Shown here: piece after piece, positions 9,780-21,989 of the stretch | How positions within the stretch are numbered: position 1 is the stretch's first letter | How the letters are laid out: each line of letters begins with the position of its first letter | Assembly: GCF_036013445.1 (NCBI RefSeq) | Contig: NC_088282.1 | Coordinates: 133,631-197,630 of the forward strand | Length of the DNA stretch: 64,000 nt | Source of the DNA: Caloenas nicobarica | Taxonomy: Eukaryota | Reading direction: 5' to 3' | Made by a program: the position numbers and the translations under genes | Notes under the pieces: model-generated | Seen by the model: only the letters and a program-made list of their open reading frames with translations | Database searches by the model: none | Told to the model about the DNA's origin: nothing

Positions 9780-11700
9780 GGCTTTTCAAAGCAATTCTGG
9801 ACCATTTCAGTTGCTCTTTTGAGGCAAAACCCCCGATTTTTGGGTCATTTCGGGTGGTTTTTGGGCCATTTGAGGCGGTTTTGAGGCGTCCAGTGTTATT
9901 TGGGGGGGGATTCAAAGCGGTATTGGCATTTTTAGGGTTTATTTTTTGCATATTTGCGCCATTTTGGGGCCATTTCCCGTAAAATCTCGCAAAATGTCAC
10001 CAAAATCCCCCCAAAATTCCCCAAAACGCCACAAAATTTCCACGAGGTTTTAAAAAAGGCGCCCAAAATCCCGCAAAAATCTCCCGATTCCACAAAAATC
10101 CCACGAAAAAAGTCACAGAGCCCCAGGAAATTCCCCAGAATTCCCCCAAATCCCCCCAAATTTCGCCCAAATTTTAGAAAAATCTCACAAAAAATTCCCC
10201 AAAATCCGTTATTTTGGGGTTTGTCCGTCGGATCTTCAAATTTGCTCAAATTTCGCATCATTTCTCCCATTTTCTCCACACGTCGGGTCCATTTCTGAGG
10301 CGATTTTGGGTCGAAAACGCCGGTTTTTTGAGGCGAAAAAGACGTTTTTTGAGGCGAAAAAGCCAGTTTTGGGGTCATTTCAGCCGGTTTTGGGTCATTT
10401 TGGGTGGTTTTTGGGTTTGTCCATCACATCTTCATCAACATTTGCTGAATTTTTTGGTGCCAATCGCTCAAATCTTGGTTTTTTTGTCCCGTTTCTTTCC
10501 GCGCATTGGGCCCGTTCCTGAGGCGATTTTGGGTCGAAAACGCGGGTTTTGGGGTCGAAACCGCCGTTTTTTGAGGCGAAAAAGCCGGTTTTGGGGTCGT
10601 TTCAGCCGGTTTTGGGTCATTTTGGGTGGTTTTTGGGTTTGTCCATCACATCTTCATCAACATTTGCTGAATTTTTTGGTGCCAATCGCTCAAATTTTGT
10701 TCCACTTCTCCCGTTTCTTTCCGCGCGTCGGGCCCGTTCCTGAGGCGATTTTGGGTCGAAACGGCCGTTTTTTGAGGCAAAAAAGCCGGTTTTGGGGTCG
10801 TTTCAGCTGTTTTGGGTCATTTTGGGTGGTTTTCCTAAATTCTTCACGCCGATCTCTCGAATTTTGTTTCTTTTGTCCCGTTTCTTTCCGCGCGTCGGGC
10901 CCGTTCCTGAGGCGATTTTGGGTTGAAAACGCCGTTTTTTGAGGCGAAAAAGCCGGTTTTGGGGTCGTTTCAGCTGTTTTGGGTCATTTTGGGTGGTTTT
11001 CCTAAATTCTTCACGCCGATCTCGCAAATTTTGTTTCTTTTGTCCCGTCTCTTTCCGCGCGTCGGGCCCGTTCCTGAGGCGATTTTGGGTCGAAAACGCG
11101 GGTTTTGGGGTCGAAAACACCGTTTTTTGAGGTGAAAAAGCCGGTTTTGGGGTCGTTTCAGCTGTTTTGGGTCATTTTGGGTGGTTTTACTGAATTCTTC
11201 ACGCCGATCTCTCGAATTTTGTTTCTTTTGTCCCGTTTCTTTCCGCGCGTCGGGCCCGTTCCTGAGGCGATTTTAGGTCGAAAACGCGGGTTTTGGGGTC
11301 GAAACCGCCGGTTTTTGAGGCGAAAAAGCCGGTTTTGGGGTCGTTTCAGCTGTTTTGGGTTATTTTGGGTGTTTTTACTAAATTCGTCACGCCGATCTCT
11401 CGAATTTTGTTTCTTTTGTCCCGTTTCTTTCCGCGCGTCGGGCCCGTTCCTGAGGCGATTTTGGGTCGAAAACGCCATTTTTTGAGGCGAAAAAGCCGGT
11501 TTTGGGGTCGTTTCAGCTGTTTTGGGTCATTTTGGGTGGTTTTGCTAAATTCGTCACGCCGATCTCTCGAATTTTGTTTCTTTTGTCCCGTTTCTTTCCG
11601 CGCGTCGGGCCCGTTCCTGAGGCGATTTTGGGTCGAAACGGCCGTTTTTTTGAGGCGAAAAAGCCGTTTTCGGGGTGGGAAAAGCCGTTTTTCGAGGCGA
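9780..11700. repeat. Satellite with a unit of about 190 bp, about 10 copies, between the INO80E promoter and the PAGR1 3' end.
   Basis: Unit gaggcgaaaaagccggttttggggtcgtttcagctgttttgggtcattttgggtggtttt...ccgcgcgtcgggcccgttcctgaggcgattttgggtcgaaaacgcc repeated with minor variants. Confidence 0.9.
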
Positions 11701-11717
11701 AAACGGGGTTTTTCGGG

Positions 11718-11857
11718 TCAGAGCTTGCGCGGGCGCGGGCCGGGGGGGAAGAGGTCGCGGCCCGTGCGCAGGATCTGCTGCTCCAGCGCCTGGTGCCGCT
11801 TCATGTCCCAAAGCACCTTGTCCAGCGCCGCCCGGCGGAAAACGCGCCCGGAGGGGC
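11718..11857 (-). CDS. PAGR1: PAGR1 terminal exon. Encodes (G)[45 protein letters not shown] and the stop codon.
   Basis: Matches human [33 protein letters not shown]. Acceptor ttccag. Stop codon (reverse complement TGA) at 11718-11720. Confidence 0.8.
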
Positions 11858-12249
11858 CTGGAATCGCAAAAAACACACCTTTTCACCCAAAACCGCGGCG
11901 GCCCCCCGCGGGAAAAACGGGGGGGATTGTGGCGCCTTCTCGCCAAAAAAAAAAAAAAAGGCGAATCGGCGGAGGTTTTCTCGTCAGAGACCGTCGGGTT
12001 TTAGCGGTTTTTTGTGTCAGAAACGGGGAATTTGGAAAGTGAACCGAAAGTGGCGAATTTTTGCAGGCGGTTCACGGAAAACAGCGGGTTTTGAGGAGCG
12101 TCGCGCGCAAAACGTTGGGTTCTCGAAGGTGTTTTGCGCGCAGCAGTACGTCTTTAAGGGCTTATCGTCAAAATCGGGGAATTAAGAAGGATTTCGAACC
12201 AAGATAATGGCGCTTGGGAAGGTTTTAAATGAAAATTCGCTTTTGAAGT

Positions 12250-12580
12250 GTTTCCAGTGAAAACTATTTTTTAGAATAATTTATTTCATTTAGATTTTTA
12301 TGTTATTATTATTATATTATATTATATATATATAATAATATATATATAAAATATATTAAAATATATTAAATATATTAAATATATTAAATATATTAAATAT
12401 ATTAAAATATATTAAAATATTATATATATAACAATATATATATAAAATATTTATATTATATTATATTATTAGTATATATATTTTTATTATTGTATTTATA
12501 GTAGTAAAAATAAATTGAATACAATAACCATATCTATAATAAATACAGTAAAAATAACAAATCTAAAGAAAATACAATAT
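12250..12580. repeat. AT-only microsatellite block of (TA)n and (ATATTAAATAT)n.
   Basis: atattaaatatattaaatatattaaatatattaaa. This is a sharp AT island in a window that is otherwise about 65-70 percent GC. Confidence 0.9.
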
Positions 12581-12599
12581 AACATATATATAAAATATA

Positions 12600-13050
12600 C
12601 TGAAAAATTTCAGGTTTTAAAGCTTTTCAAGCAAAACTATTGAGTTTTTATTTAAAAACAGTTTCCTATAACCAAATCAACGTCTAAAAGTTCTTTATAA
12701 AAAAAAAAACAAACTATTTTTTTTTTTTTTTACCAAAAGCAACAAATTTTTTTAAGTTTCTTTGCGGGTAAAATCGAATTTTCAAACGATTTTTACCCAA
12801 AAAACCTGAATTTTTAAACGCTTCTTACTGAAAAAACTAAATTTTCAAAGCATTTTGCGCAAGGAACGGAACTTCCAATGATTTCCTACCGCAAATATTC
12901 AATTTCTAATGTTTCTTTACGAAAAACCCTAAAGTTTAAAGATTTTTACCGGAGAAATGGAAGTTTTGAAGATTTTTATCAAAAGCTCTGAAATTCTACA
13001 GGTGTTTTCGGCAAAAACGCTTCATTTTTTGTTAAGAAAAGCTGAATTTC
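12600..13050. repeat. AT-rich tandem repeat of about 48 bp, about 8 copies.
   Basis: Units of the form (tttt)acc..aaaacctgaatttttaaacgcttcttactgaaaaaactaaattttcaaag are repeated. Confidence 0.7.
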
Positions 13051-13067
13051 TAAAGGTTTGGACTCAC

Positions 13068-13150
13068 CGGGTGTTCGCCGTCGGTCGATGAGGGAACTTT
13101 TTGGGGTAACGGGCTCGTCGTCAAAATCAAATTCGGTCACAACGGGCGGC
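13068..13150 (-). CDS. PAGR1: PAGR1 exon 2. Encodes (K)[27 protein letters not shown](G).
   Basis: Matches human [29 protein letters not shown]. Acceptor ccgcag, donor cccg|gtgagt. Phases agree. Confidence 0.85.
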
Positions 13151-13179
13151 CTGCGGAAAATCACCAGAAATTCTCCTAA

Positions 13180-14570
13180 ATTTAAGGGTTTCCCCCCCAA
13201 AATCCCACAAACTCCCCCCCCCAAAATCCCCCAAACGCTACGAAATGCCCAAATTCTCGCAAAACGGCACCGAAATCCCACAGGAATTGAAGGAAAGTCC
13301 CCACAAAAACCTCCCCAAAATCCCGCGGAAATCTCGCCAAAATTGGCAAAAATCCCACGAAATCTGACGGAGTCCCACGAGAATTCCACCCGACTCCCAT
13401 AAAAATCCCCTCGAATCGCACCCAAATACCACAGATTTCACGAAAATCTCACAATATGCCATAAAAATGCCCCCGAAATTCTGCAAAATCCCACCGAATA
13501 TCCACAAAGTTCCCCCAAAATTGTACTAAATCTCAGAAAAATCCCCCAAAATCTCACAAAGCCTCGAAATCCCTCGAGATCCCCCAAATCTCAGAGAATT
13601 CCCCCAAATCTCACAATATCCAGAAAAATTACCACAAAAACCCCGCAACATCTCCACAAAATTTTGCCCAAATTTTACAAAACCTCACCAAAAAAAAAAA
13701 TCCTCCCCAAAATCTCAGAATCCCACAAAAATCTCCCCAAAATTCCACAAAACCCCACAAAGTCTCCACAAAATTTCCCAAGTTTTACAAAATCCCACAA
13801 ATTTCCCCCTCAATTTTACAAAACCTCCCCCAAATCTCACAAGATCTCCACAAAATTTCCCCCTAAATTTTACAAACCCCACACGTTTCCCCCTAAATTT
13901 CACAAAGTCTCCCCCAAATTTCACAAGATCGCCACAAAATTTCCCCCTAAATTTACAGAATCTCCACAAAACTTCACAAGACCTCCCCAAAATTTCCCCC
14001 AAACCCCACAAATTTCCCCCTAAATTTTACGAAATCTCCCCCAAATTTCAATCTCCCCAAAACTTCCCCAAAATTTCCCCCGAACTCCCCAAATTTCCCC
14101 CAACCCCCCCAAATTCCCCCCTAAACTTCACCAATTCCCTCCTCAATTTTACCAAACCCCCCAAAACTCCCCCCCCCAAATTTCACAAAACCTCCCCCAA
14201 ATTTCACAAGATCTCCACAAAATTTCCCCCTAAATTTTACAACCCCCCCCAAATTTCCCCCAAAATTTTACAAAATCTCCCCCAAATTTCAATCTCCCCA
14301 AAACTTCCCCAAAACTTCCCCAAGACCCCCCAAATTTCCCCTGAAACTTCACAAATTTCCCCCTCGATTTTACAAAACCCCCAAGTTTCCCCCGAAATTT
14401 CACACAATCTCCCAAATTTCCCCCGAAATTTCACACAATCTCCCAAATTTCCCCCGAAATTTCACAAAATCTCCCCCTCAATTTCACAAAATCTCCCCCA
14501 AATTCCACCACCCCTCCCCGAAATTTCCCCCAAACCCCCGCCGCCGCCCCCGAAATAAAAAACTTTTCCA
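13180..14570. repeat. C/A-rich short-unit satellite (CCCCAAATTTCACAAAATCTCC type) in the PAGR1 intron.
   Basis: Repeated caaaatctccccaaaattccacaaaaccccacaaagtctccacaaaatttccc. Confidence 0.8.
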
Positions 14571-14579
14571 GCTCTCTAC

Positions 14580-14974
14580 TTCTCCTGCTGCGGCAGCTGC
14601 GCGTCGGGCTCGGGCGCCTCCTCGCGCTGCTCGTCCCGCGGCGTCTCCGGGGTGGGCGGGCGGCGCGGCCGGGGGGGGCGGGCGAGGGCGACGGTTCCGT
14701 GTTGGGCGATGAGCTCGTAGAGGCGGCGGATTTCGGGGGGCGGCGGCTGCCACCCCCCCGCGGGCTCCCCCTCCTCGTCGCTGCAGGGGACGCCCCAGTC
14801 GTCGCCCTCGGCCCAGTCGGCGGCGGCGTAGTCGGCAGCGGCGTAGTCGGCGGCGGCGTAGTCGGCAGCGGCGGCGTCGCCCGTCATGGCCGCCGGCGCG
14901 GCGGGAACCGGGGGGTCGGCGGGGGACAGGGAGGGGAGAGACGGGGGCGGCGGCGCCTCGGCCTCGGCCGCCAT
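14580..14974 (-). CDS. PAGR1: PAGR1 exon 1. Encodes [11 protein letters not shown]...(DYAAA)x3 [58 protein letters not shown]...QQE(K).
   Basis: Matches human PAGR1 [60 protein letters not shown] (reverse complement) at 14972-14974. Donor gagaa|gtagag on the minus strand, phase 2. Confidence 0.8.
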
Positions 14975-14999
14975 GCCTGGGGAAACGGAGGAAAACGGA

Positions 15000-16880
15000 A
15001 TTCGTTTGCGTCGAGAATCGAATTATTTACCTCAAAAATTCAATTGTTTACCTCAAAAGATGAATGATTTACCTCAAAAATCCAATTGTTTACCTCAAAA
15101 GATGAATTATTTACCTCAAAAATTCAATTGTTTACCTCAAAAGAGGAATGATTTACCTCAAAAATCCAATTGTTTACCTCAAAAGATGAATTATTTACCT
15201 CAAAAATCCAATTGTTTACCTCAAAAGATGAATGATTTACCTCAAAAATCCAATTGTTTACCTCAAAAGATGAATTATTTACCTCAAAATTCAATTGTTT
15301 GCTTCAAAAGATGAATTATTTACCTCAAAAATTCAATTGTTTACCTCAAAAGATGAATTATTTACCTCAAAAATCCAATTGTTTACCTCAAAAGATGAAT
15401 TATTTACCTCAAAAATTCAATTGTTTACCTCAAAAGATGAATTATTTACCTCAAAATTCAATTGTTTGCTTCAAAAGATGAATTATTTACCTCAAAAATC
15501 CAATTGTTTACCTCAAAAGATGAATTATTTACCTCAAAAATCCAATTGTTTACCTCAAAAGATGAATTATTTACCTCAAAAATCCAATTGTTTACCTCAA
15601 AAGATGAATTATTTACCTCAAAAATCCAATTGTTTACCTCAAAAGATGAATTATTTACCTCAAAAATCCAATTGTTTACCTCAAAAGATGAATTATTTAC
15701 CTCAAAAATTCAATTGTTTACCTCAAAAGATGAATTATTTACCTCAAAGATCCAATTGTTTACCTCAAAAGATGAATTATTTACCTCAAAATTCAATTGT
15801 TTGCTTCAAAAGATGAATTATTTACCTCAAAAATTCAATTGTTTACCTCAAAAGATGAATTATTTACCTCAAAAATTCAATTGTTTACCCCAAAAGATGA
15901 ATAATTCAGCTCAAAAAACGAATTATTTACCTCAAAAGTTGCGTTATTTATCTCAAAAATCGAACTGCTTACGTTAAGACATCAACTGTTTCCCTCAAAA
16001 ATGGAATTATTTATCTCAAAAATTCAACTGTTTACATCAAAAATTAAATTATTTACCTCAAAAATTGAATTATTTACCTCAAAAACTGAGCTGTTCACCT
16101 CAAAAACTGGATTATTTACCTCAAAAATTAAATTATTTACCTCAAAAATTGAACTATTTGCCTCAAAAAATGAGTTGTTTGCCTCAAAAATGGGATTGTT
16201 TCCCTCAAAAAATGGATTATTTACCTCAAAAAATGAGTTATTTACCTCAGAAACTGAGTTGTTCGCCTCAAAAATTGCACCGTTTGCCTCGAAAAAATGG
16301 ATTATTTCTCTCAAAAAATGGATTATTTAGCTCGAAAGTTGAATTATTTGCCTCAAAAACAAAGCTATTCACCTCAAAAATTGGATTGTTTGCCTCAAAA
16401 ATGGATTATTTACCTCAAAAAATCAGCTATTTGCCTCAAAATTGAAATATTTACCTCAAAAATTGAATTATTTACCTCAAAACCTGAATTGTTTCCCCCC
16501 AAAATTGAATTATTTACCTCAAAAAATAAACCACCTCCAAAATTCAACTATTTACCTCAAAAACTGAACTATTTGTCTCAAAAATCGAATTATTTGCCTC
16601 AAAGCCTGAGCTGTTTGCCTCAAAAATTGGATTATTTACCTCAAAAAATGAGTTATTTACCTCAAAAAGTGAGTTGTTTGCCTCAAAAATGGAATTATTT
16701 ACCTCAAAAAACGAACTGTTCGCCTCAAAAATTGAATTATTTACCTCAAAAATTGAATTATTTACCTCAAAAACTAAGCTGTTTGCCCCCAAAAATGGAT
16801 TATTTACCTCAAAAAATGAATTATTTGCCTCAAAAATTGAATTATTTGCCTAAAACTGGGAACAGGGGGGATACCGGTGT
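15000..16880. repeat. AT-rich 21/42-bp satellite, about 45 dimers. It starts about 30 bp upstream of the PAGR1 start codon.
   Basis: tacctcaaaagatgaattatt + tacctcaaaaatccaattgtt repeated. The variant distal half is tacctcaaaaattgaattatt. Confidence 0.9.
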
Positions 16881-19000
16881 CAAACTGGGAATGTGGGGGG
16901 TCAAACTGGTGTCAAACTGGGAATGGGGGGGATACTGGGAATGAGGGGCTTATACTGGGAATGGGGGGGGTTACTGGGGCCGTACTGGTCCATACTGGTC
17001 CATACTGGGAATGGGGGGGTTGCTGGGGCCGTACTGGGCCATACTGGTCCATACTGGGAATGGGGGGGGTTACTGGGGCCGTACTGGGCCATACTGGTCC
17101 ATACTGGTCCATACTGGGGATGGAGGGGGGTTACTGGGGCCGTACTGGGGGTTAGTGGGGCCATACTGGTCCATACTGGTCCATACTGGGAACATACTGG
17201 GAATGGGGGGGGTTACTGGGTCATACTGGGGGTTACTGGGGCCATACTGGGCCATACTGGTCCATACTGGGAACATACTGGGAATGGGGGGGTTACTGGG
17301 GCCATACTGGGGGTTACTGGGGCCATACTGGTCCATACTGGTCCATACTGGGAATGGGGGGGTTACTGGGGCTGTACTGGGGGTTACTGGGGCCGTACTG
17401 GTCCATACTGGTCCATACTGGGGATGGAGGGGTTACTGGGGCCATACTGGGGGTTACTGGGGCCGTACTGGTCCATACTGGTCCATACTGGGAATGGGGG
17501 GGTTACTGGGGCCGTACTGGGGGTTACTGGGGCCGTACTGGTCCATACTGGTCCATACTGGTCCATACTGGGAATGGGGGGGGGTTACTGGGGCCATACT
17601 GGTCCATACTGGGAACATACTGGGAATGGGGGGGGTTACTGGGGCCGTACTGGGGGTTACTGGGGCCGTACTGGTCCATACTGGTCCATACTGGTCCATA
17701 CTGGGAATGGGGGGGGGTTACTGGGCCATACTGGGGGTTACTGGGGCCATACTGGTCCATACTGGTCCATACTGGGAATGGGGGGGTTACTGGGGCTGTA
17801 CTGGGGGTTACTGGGGCCATACTGGTCCATACTGGGAATGGGGGGGGGGGCAAACTGGTCCATACTGGGACCATACTGGGAATGGGGGGTGTTACTGGGG
17901 CTGTACTGGGGGTTACTGGGGCCATACTGGGCCATACTGGGCCATACTGGTCCATACTGGGAATGGGGGGGGTTACTGGGCCATACTGGGGGTTACTGGG
18001 GCCATACTGGTCCATACTGGTCCATACTGGGAATGGAGGGGTTACTGGGGCTGTACTGGGGGTTACTGGGGCCATACTGGTCCATACTGGGAATGGGGGG
18101 GGGGGCAAACTGGTCCATACTGGGACCATACTGGCAATGGGGGGGGTTACTGGGGCTGTACTGGGGGTTACTGGGGCCGTACTGGGCCATACTGGTCCAT
18201 ACTGGTCCATACTGGGGATGGGGGGGGGGGGTTACTGGGGCCGTACTGGGGGTTAGTGGGGCCGTACTGGTCCATACTGGTCCATACTGGTCCATACTGG
18301 GAATGGGGGGTGTTACTGGGGCCACACTGGGGGTTACTGGGGCCGTACTGGTCCATACTGGTCCATACTGGGAACATACTGGGAATGGGGGGGTTACTGG
18401 GGCCATACTGGGGGTTACTGGGGCCATACTGGTCCATACTGGTCCATACTGGGAATGGGGGGGGGTTACTGGGCCATACTGGGGGTTACTGGGGCCATAC
18501 TGGTCCATACTGGTCCATACTGGGAATGGGGGGGGTTACTGGGGCTGTACTGGGGGTTACTGGGGCCATACTGGTCCATACTGGGAATGGGGGGGGGGCA
18601 AACTGGTCCATACTGGGACCATACTGGGAATGGGGGGGGTTACTGGGGCTGTACTGGGGGTTACTGGGGCCATACTGGGCCATACTGGTCCATACTGGGA
18701 ATGGGGGGGGTTACTGGGGCCGTACTGGTCCATACTGGTCCATACTGGGGATGGGGGAACAAAACTGGTCCCTACTGGGGCCTTACTGGGCCGTACTGGG
18801 GCCCTACGGGGGCCGTACTGGTCCATACTGGGGGTCACCGGGGCCGTACTGGTCTGTACTGGTCTATACTGGCCTATACTGGTCTATACTGGTCCATACT
18901 GGGGGTCACTGGGCTCCTACCGGCTCCGGCGTCTCCTCGATGGCGGCGGCGGGAGGGGGGCGTGGCCACGCCAATCCCCGCCCACCCGCTCCCCCAATCA
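16880..19000. repeat. G-rich satellite of about 2.1 kb built from CCATACTGGT decamers and 35-bp GGGAATGGGGGGGTTACTGGGGCCGTACTGG units.
   Basis: tactggtccatactgggaatgggggggttactggggccgtactgggggttactggggcc repeated. It has G4-prone GGGG runs. Confidence 0.9.
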
Positions 19001-19200
19001 CCCAATCAGCGCCCTCTCCCTTCCCCTCTCCGCTCTCTGATTGGCCTCACCCCCCTTTAACCCCGCCCACTTTCTGGCACGCCCTCTCCCCTTTCCCTTC
19101 ACGCCCGCCGCACCGCGCATGCGCAACCCTTCCCCGCCCTCCCGCCGGCTTCCACTTCCGGTTTGCCGCCGGCGCCATCTTGGATTCGGGGCGGCGGGAA
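18960..19200 (+). promoter_or_regulatory. TAOK2: TAOK2 CpG-island promoter with CCAAT boxes, NRF1, ETS and YY1 sites.
   Basis: ccaatcc, cccaatcacccaatcagc and ctgattggcc lie at 18970-19046. The NRF1 palindrome gcgcatgcgca is at 19115-19125. ETS cttccacttccgg is at 19149-19161. The YY1 site gccatcttgg is at 19174-19183. This is a TATA-less housekeeping-type promoter. Confidence 0.5.
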
Positions 19201-19384
19201 AAGCGGCGGGACCGGGGGGGTTTCCCCCCCCCCCCAGGGTGATTTTTGGGGTGAAATCGGCGGTTTTTGGGGCTCCCCGGAGCGGAGGGGCGAGCGGAGC
19301 CCCCCCCCGGAGCTGCAGCAACCGGGGGGGGGGAAACGGGGCCGGGTCGGGACCCCCCGGAACCGGAGACGGAGGAGACGAGCG
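19180..19384 (+). other. TAOK2: Putative TAOK2 non-coding exon 1 (5' UTR). The transcription start is not determined.
   Basis: A GC-rich unique segment downstream of the promoter motifs ends at the donor agcg|gtgagg at 19385. The first coding exon has an acceptor at 20351-20354, 54 nt upstream of its ATG. Confidence 0.3.
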
Positions 19385-19399
19385 GTGAGGGGAACGGCG

Positions 19400-20300
19400 G
19401 CCTGGGCGCTTATGGGGCAGGATTTGGACTTTTGGCTCACTTATGGGGCAGAATAGGCAGCTCTGGGGCACTTATGGGGCAGGATTTCGACTTTTGGGTC
19501 CCTTATGGGGCAGAATAGGGATGTCTGGGGCACTTATGAGGCAGAATATGGGTCTCTGGGGCACTTATGGGGCAGGATTTGGACTTTTGGGTCACTTATG
19601 GGGCAGAATATGGATGTCTGCGGCACTTATGGGGCAGAAAAGGGATCTCTGTGGCACTTATGGGGCAGGATTTCTACTTTTGGGTCACTTATGGGGCAGG
19701 ATTTGGAGTCTTGTGTCACTTATGGGGCAGCATATGCATCTCTGGGGCACTTATGGGGCAGAATATGGATCTACGGGTCACTTATGGGGCAGGATTTGGA
19801 GTCTTGTGTCACTTATGGGGCAGAATATGCATCTCTGGGGCACTTATGGGGCAGAATAGGGATGTCTGGGGCACTTATGGGGCAGAATATGGGTCTCTGG
19901 GGCACTTATGGGGCAGGATTTGGATTTCTGAGTCACTTATGGGGCAGAATAGGGATCTCTGGGTCACTTATGGGGCAGAATATGGGTCTCTGTGGCACTT
20001 ATGGGGCAGAATACAGATCTCTGGGTCACTTATGGGGCAGAATACAGATCTCTGGGTCACTTATGGGGCAGAGTTGGGACCCTTGTGTCACTTATGGGGC
20101 AGAGTTGGGGCCTCTGAGTCACTTATGGGGCAGAATGTGGATCTCTGGGTCACTTATGGGGCAGAATATAGAGGCTTGTGTCATTTATGGGGCAGGATTT
20201 GGATCTCTGAGTCACTTATGGGGCAGGATTTGGATCTTTGAGTCACTTATGGGGCAGGATTTAGACCCCTGAGTCACTTATGGGGCAGGATTTGGACCAC
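19400..20300. repeat. 31-bp minisatellite CACTTATGGGGCAGGATTTGGATCTCTGGGT, about 29 copies, in TAOK2 intron 1.
   Basis: A direct tandem array with point variants. Confidence 0.9.
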
Positions 20301-20407
20301 CGAGTCACTTATGGGGCAGACTCTGACCCTCCTCGTCCCTCTCTCCGCTTCCAGGCCGGCTCCCCCCCGACTTGTGGGGCCGCCCCACGGAATCCGTGGG
20401 TCCCGCC

Positions 20408-20527
20408 ATGCCGTCGCTCAGCCCCACGGATCCGGCCGCCTCCCGCTTGTTCCGCCCCGAAGATCCCGAGACCCTTTTCGGCGACTTACGGGAAATCGGC
20501 CACGGCAGCTTCGGCGCCGTCTACTCC
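20408..20527 (+). CDS. TAOK2: TAOK2 first coding exon (the exon begins about 20355). Encodes [40 protein letters not shown].
   Basis: Matches human TAOK2 [33 protein letters not shown], including the kinase glycine loop. Acceptor ttccag at 20354, donor tcc|gtgagt at 20528. Confidence 0.8.
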
Positions 20528-20605
20528 GTGAGTTCCACCCCATAGCCGCCCCATAAGTGCCCCATAAGTGCCCCATAACCGCCCCACACATTCCCCCCCG
20601 CCCAG

Positions 20606-20677
20606 GCCCGCGACCTCCGCACTAACGAGCTCGTAGCAATTAAGAAAATGTCGTACGGCGGGAAACGATCGGATGAG
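20606..20677 (+). CDS. TAOK2: TAOK2 exon. Encodes ARDLRTNELVAIKKMSYGGKRSDE.
   Basis: Matches human ARDVRNSEVVAIKKMSYSGKQSNE. Acceptor cccag at 20605, donor gag|gtaacg. Confidence 0.85.
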
Positions 20678-20756
20678 GTAACGAGGCGGGGTGGGGGGCG
20701 GAGGGAGGACCCAGGCGTCCGGGCCCCACGGATCTGTGGGTCTCTGTGCCCCATAG

Positions 20757-20858
20757 AAATGGCGCGACATCGTGCGCGAGGTGTCGCTGCTGCAGCGGCT
20801 GCGGCACCCGAACACCGTGGGCTTCCGGGGCTGCTACCTCGGGGGACATACGGCCTGG
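20757..20858 (+). CDS. TAOK2: TAOK2 exon. Encodes KWRDIVREVSLLQRLRHPNTVGFRGCYLGGHTAW.
   Basis: Matches human [34 protein letters not shown]. Acceptor ccatag, donor tgg|gtgagc. Confidence 0.85.
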
Positions 20859-20859
20859 G

Positions 20860-21700
20860 TGAGCGACCCACAAGTGTGGGGCTGGACCCAGAAGTGTGGG
20901 GCTGGACCCATAAGTGTGGGGTGGGGGGGGGTTGGGGCCCAAAACTGGGGGTTTGGGAGCTCAGAAAGGGGGTTGTGGGGTCAGAAATGGGTCTCAAGGG
21001 GTGTTTCGGGACCCAGAAGTGTGGGGCGGGACCCAGAAGTGTGGGGCTGGACCCATAAGGGGGGGGGGGGGGGCCCAAAACTGGGGGTTGTGGGGTCAGA
21101 AATGGGCCTCACGGGGTGTTTCGGGACCCATAAGTGTGGGGCAGGACCCAGAAGTGTGGGGCTGGACCCATAAGTGTGGGGTGGGGGGGGGGGTGGGGCC
21201 CAAAACTGGGGGTTTGGGGGCTCAGAAAGGGGGGTTGTGGGGTCAGAAATGGGTCTCACGGGGTGTTTCGGGACCCAGAAGTGTGGGGCGGGAGCCAGAA
21301 GTGTGGGGCTGGACCCATAAGTGTGGGGTGGGGGGGGGAGTGGGGCCCAAAACTGGGGGTTTGGGGGCTCAGAAAGGGGGGTTGTGGGGTCAGAAATGGG
21401 TCTCAAGGGGTGTTTTGGGACCCATAAGTGTGGGGTGGGACCCATAAGTGTGTGGCAGGGGGGGATTTAGGGCCTAGAAATGAGGGTTGGGGGGACATTG
21501 GGCCCCACAGCTGTGGGGCAGGGGGATGTTGGGACCCATACGTGTGGGGCTGGACCCATACGTGTGGGGCGGGACCCATCAGTGTGGGACGGGGGGGGGG
21601 ATTTGGGGCCTAGAAATGAGGGTTTGGGGGACATTGGGCCCCACAGCTGTGGGGCAGGGGGGATGTTGGGCCCCATAGATGTGGGGCAGGGCATGTGGGG
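20860..21700. repeat. Tandem repeat of about 120 bp (gacccagaagtgtggggctggacccataagtgtggggtggggggg...) in a TAOK2 intron.
   Basis: About 6 direct copies. Confidence 0.8.
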
Positions 21701-21750
21701 CAGAGGGGCCGCCCCGCCCCACATCTATGGGGCAGGGCCGGTCTCCTCAG

Positions 21751-21796
21751 CTGGCCATGGAGCGCTGCCTGGGTTCGGCCGCCGACCTGCTGGAGG
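21751..21796 (+). CDS. TAOK2: TAOK2 exon. Encodes [15 protein letters not shown](G/V).
   Basis: Matches human LVMEYCLGSASDLLEV. Acceptor tcctcag, donor gagg|gtgagt. Confidence 0.8.
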
Positions 21797-21880
21797 GTGA
21801 GTGCCGTGGGGCGGCGCTATGGGGCGGCCCCATAGATCTCCCCGCCCCTCACCCCCCCACCTCACGCTCTGCCCCCCAAG

Positions 21881-21977
21881 TGCACAAGAAGCCGCTGCGG
21901 GAGGTGGAGATCGCGGCCGTCAGCCAGGGAGCGCTGCGGGGCCTGGCCTATCTGCACCAGCTCGGGGTCATCCACAG
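21881..21977 (+). CDS. TAOK2: TAOK2 exon. Encodes (V)[31 protein letters not shown](R).
   Basis: Matches human [33 protein letters not shown]. Acceptor ccccaag, donor cacag|gtgcgc. Confidence 0.8.
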
Positions 21978-21989
21978 GTGCGCCCCATA

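Noticed and set aside
9780-12042. Plus-strand ORFs (for example 11293..12042, 249 aa) where HIRIP3 would be expected, divergent from INO80E.
   Set aside because: The sequence is a 190-bp satellite. Its translations repeat (FWVILGGF...) and have no similarity to HIRIP3. No HIRIP3 exons could be found.
16893-19242. Very long ORFs (715 and 743 aa) on the plus strand across the CCATACTGG satellite.
   Set aside because: They are low-complexity translations of a tandem repeat (GPYWSILVHTGNGG...). They have no protein similarity. Stop-free frames are expected from the strand-biased composition.
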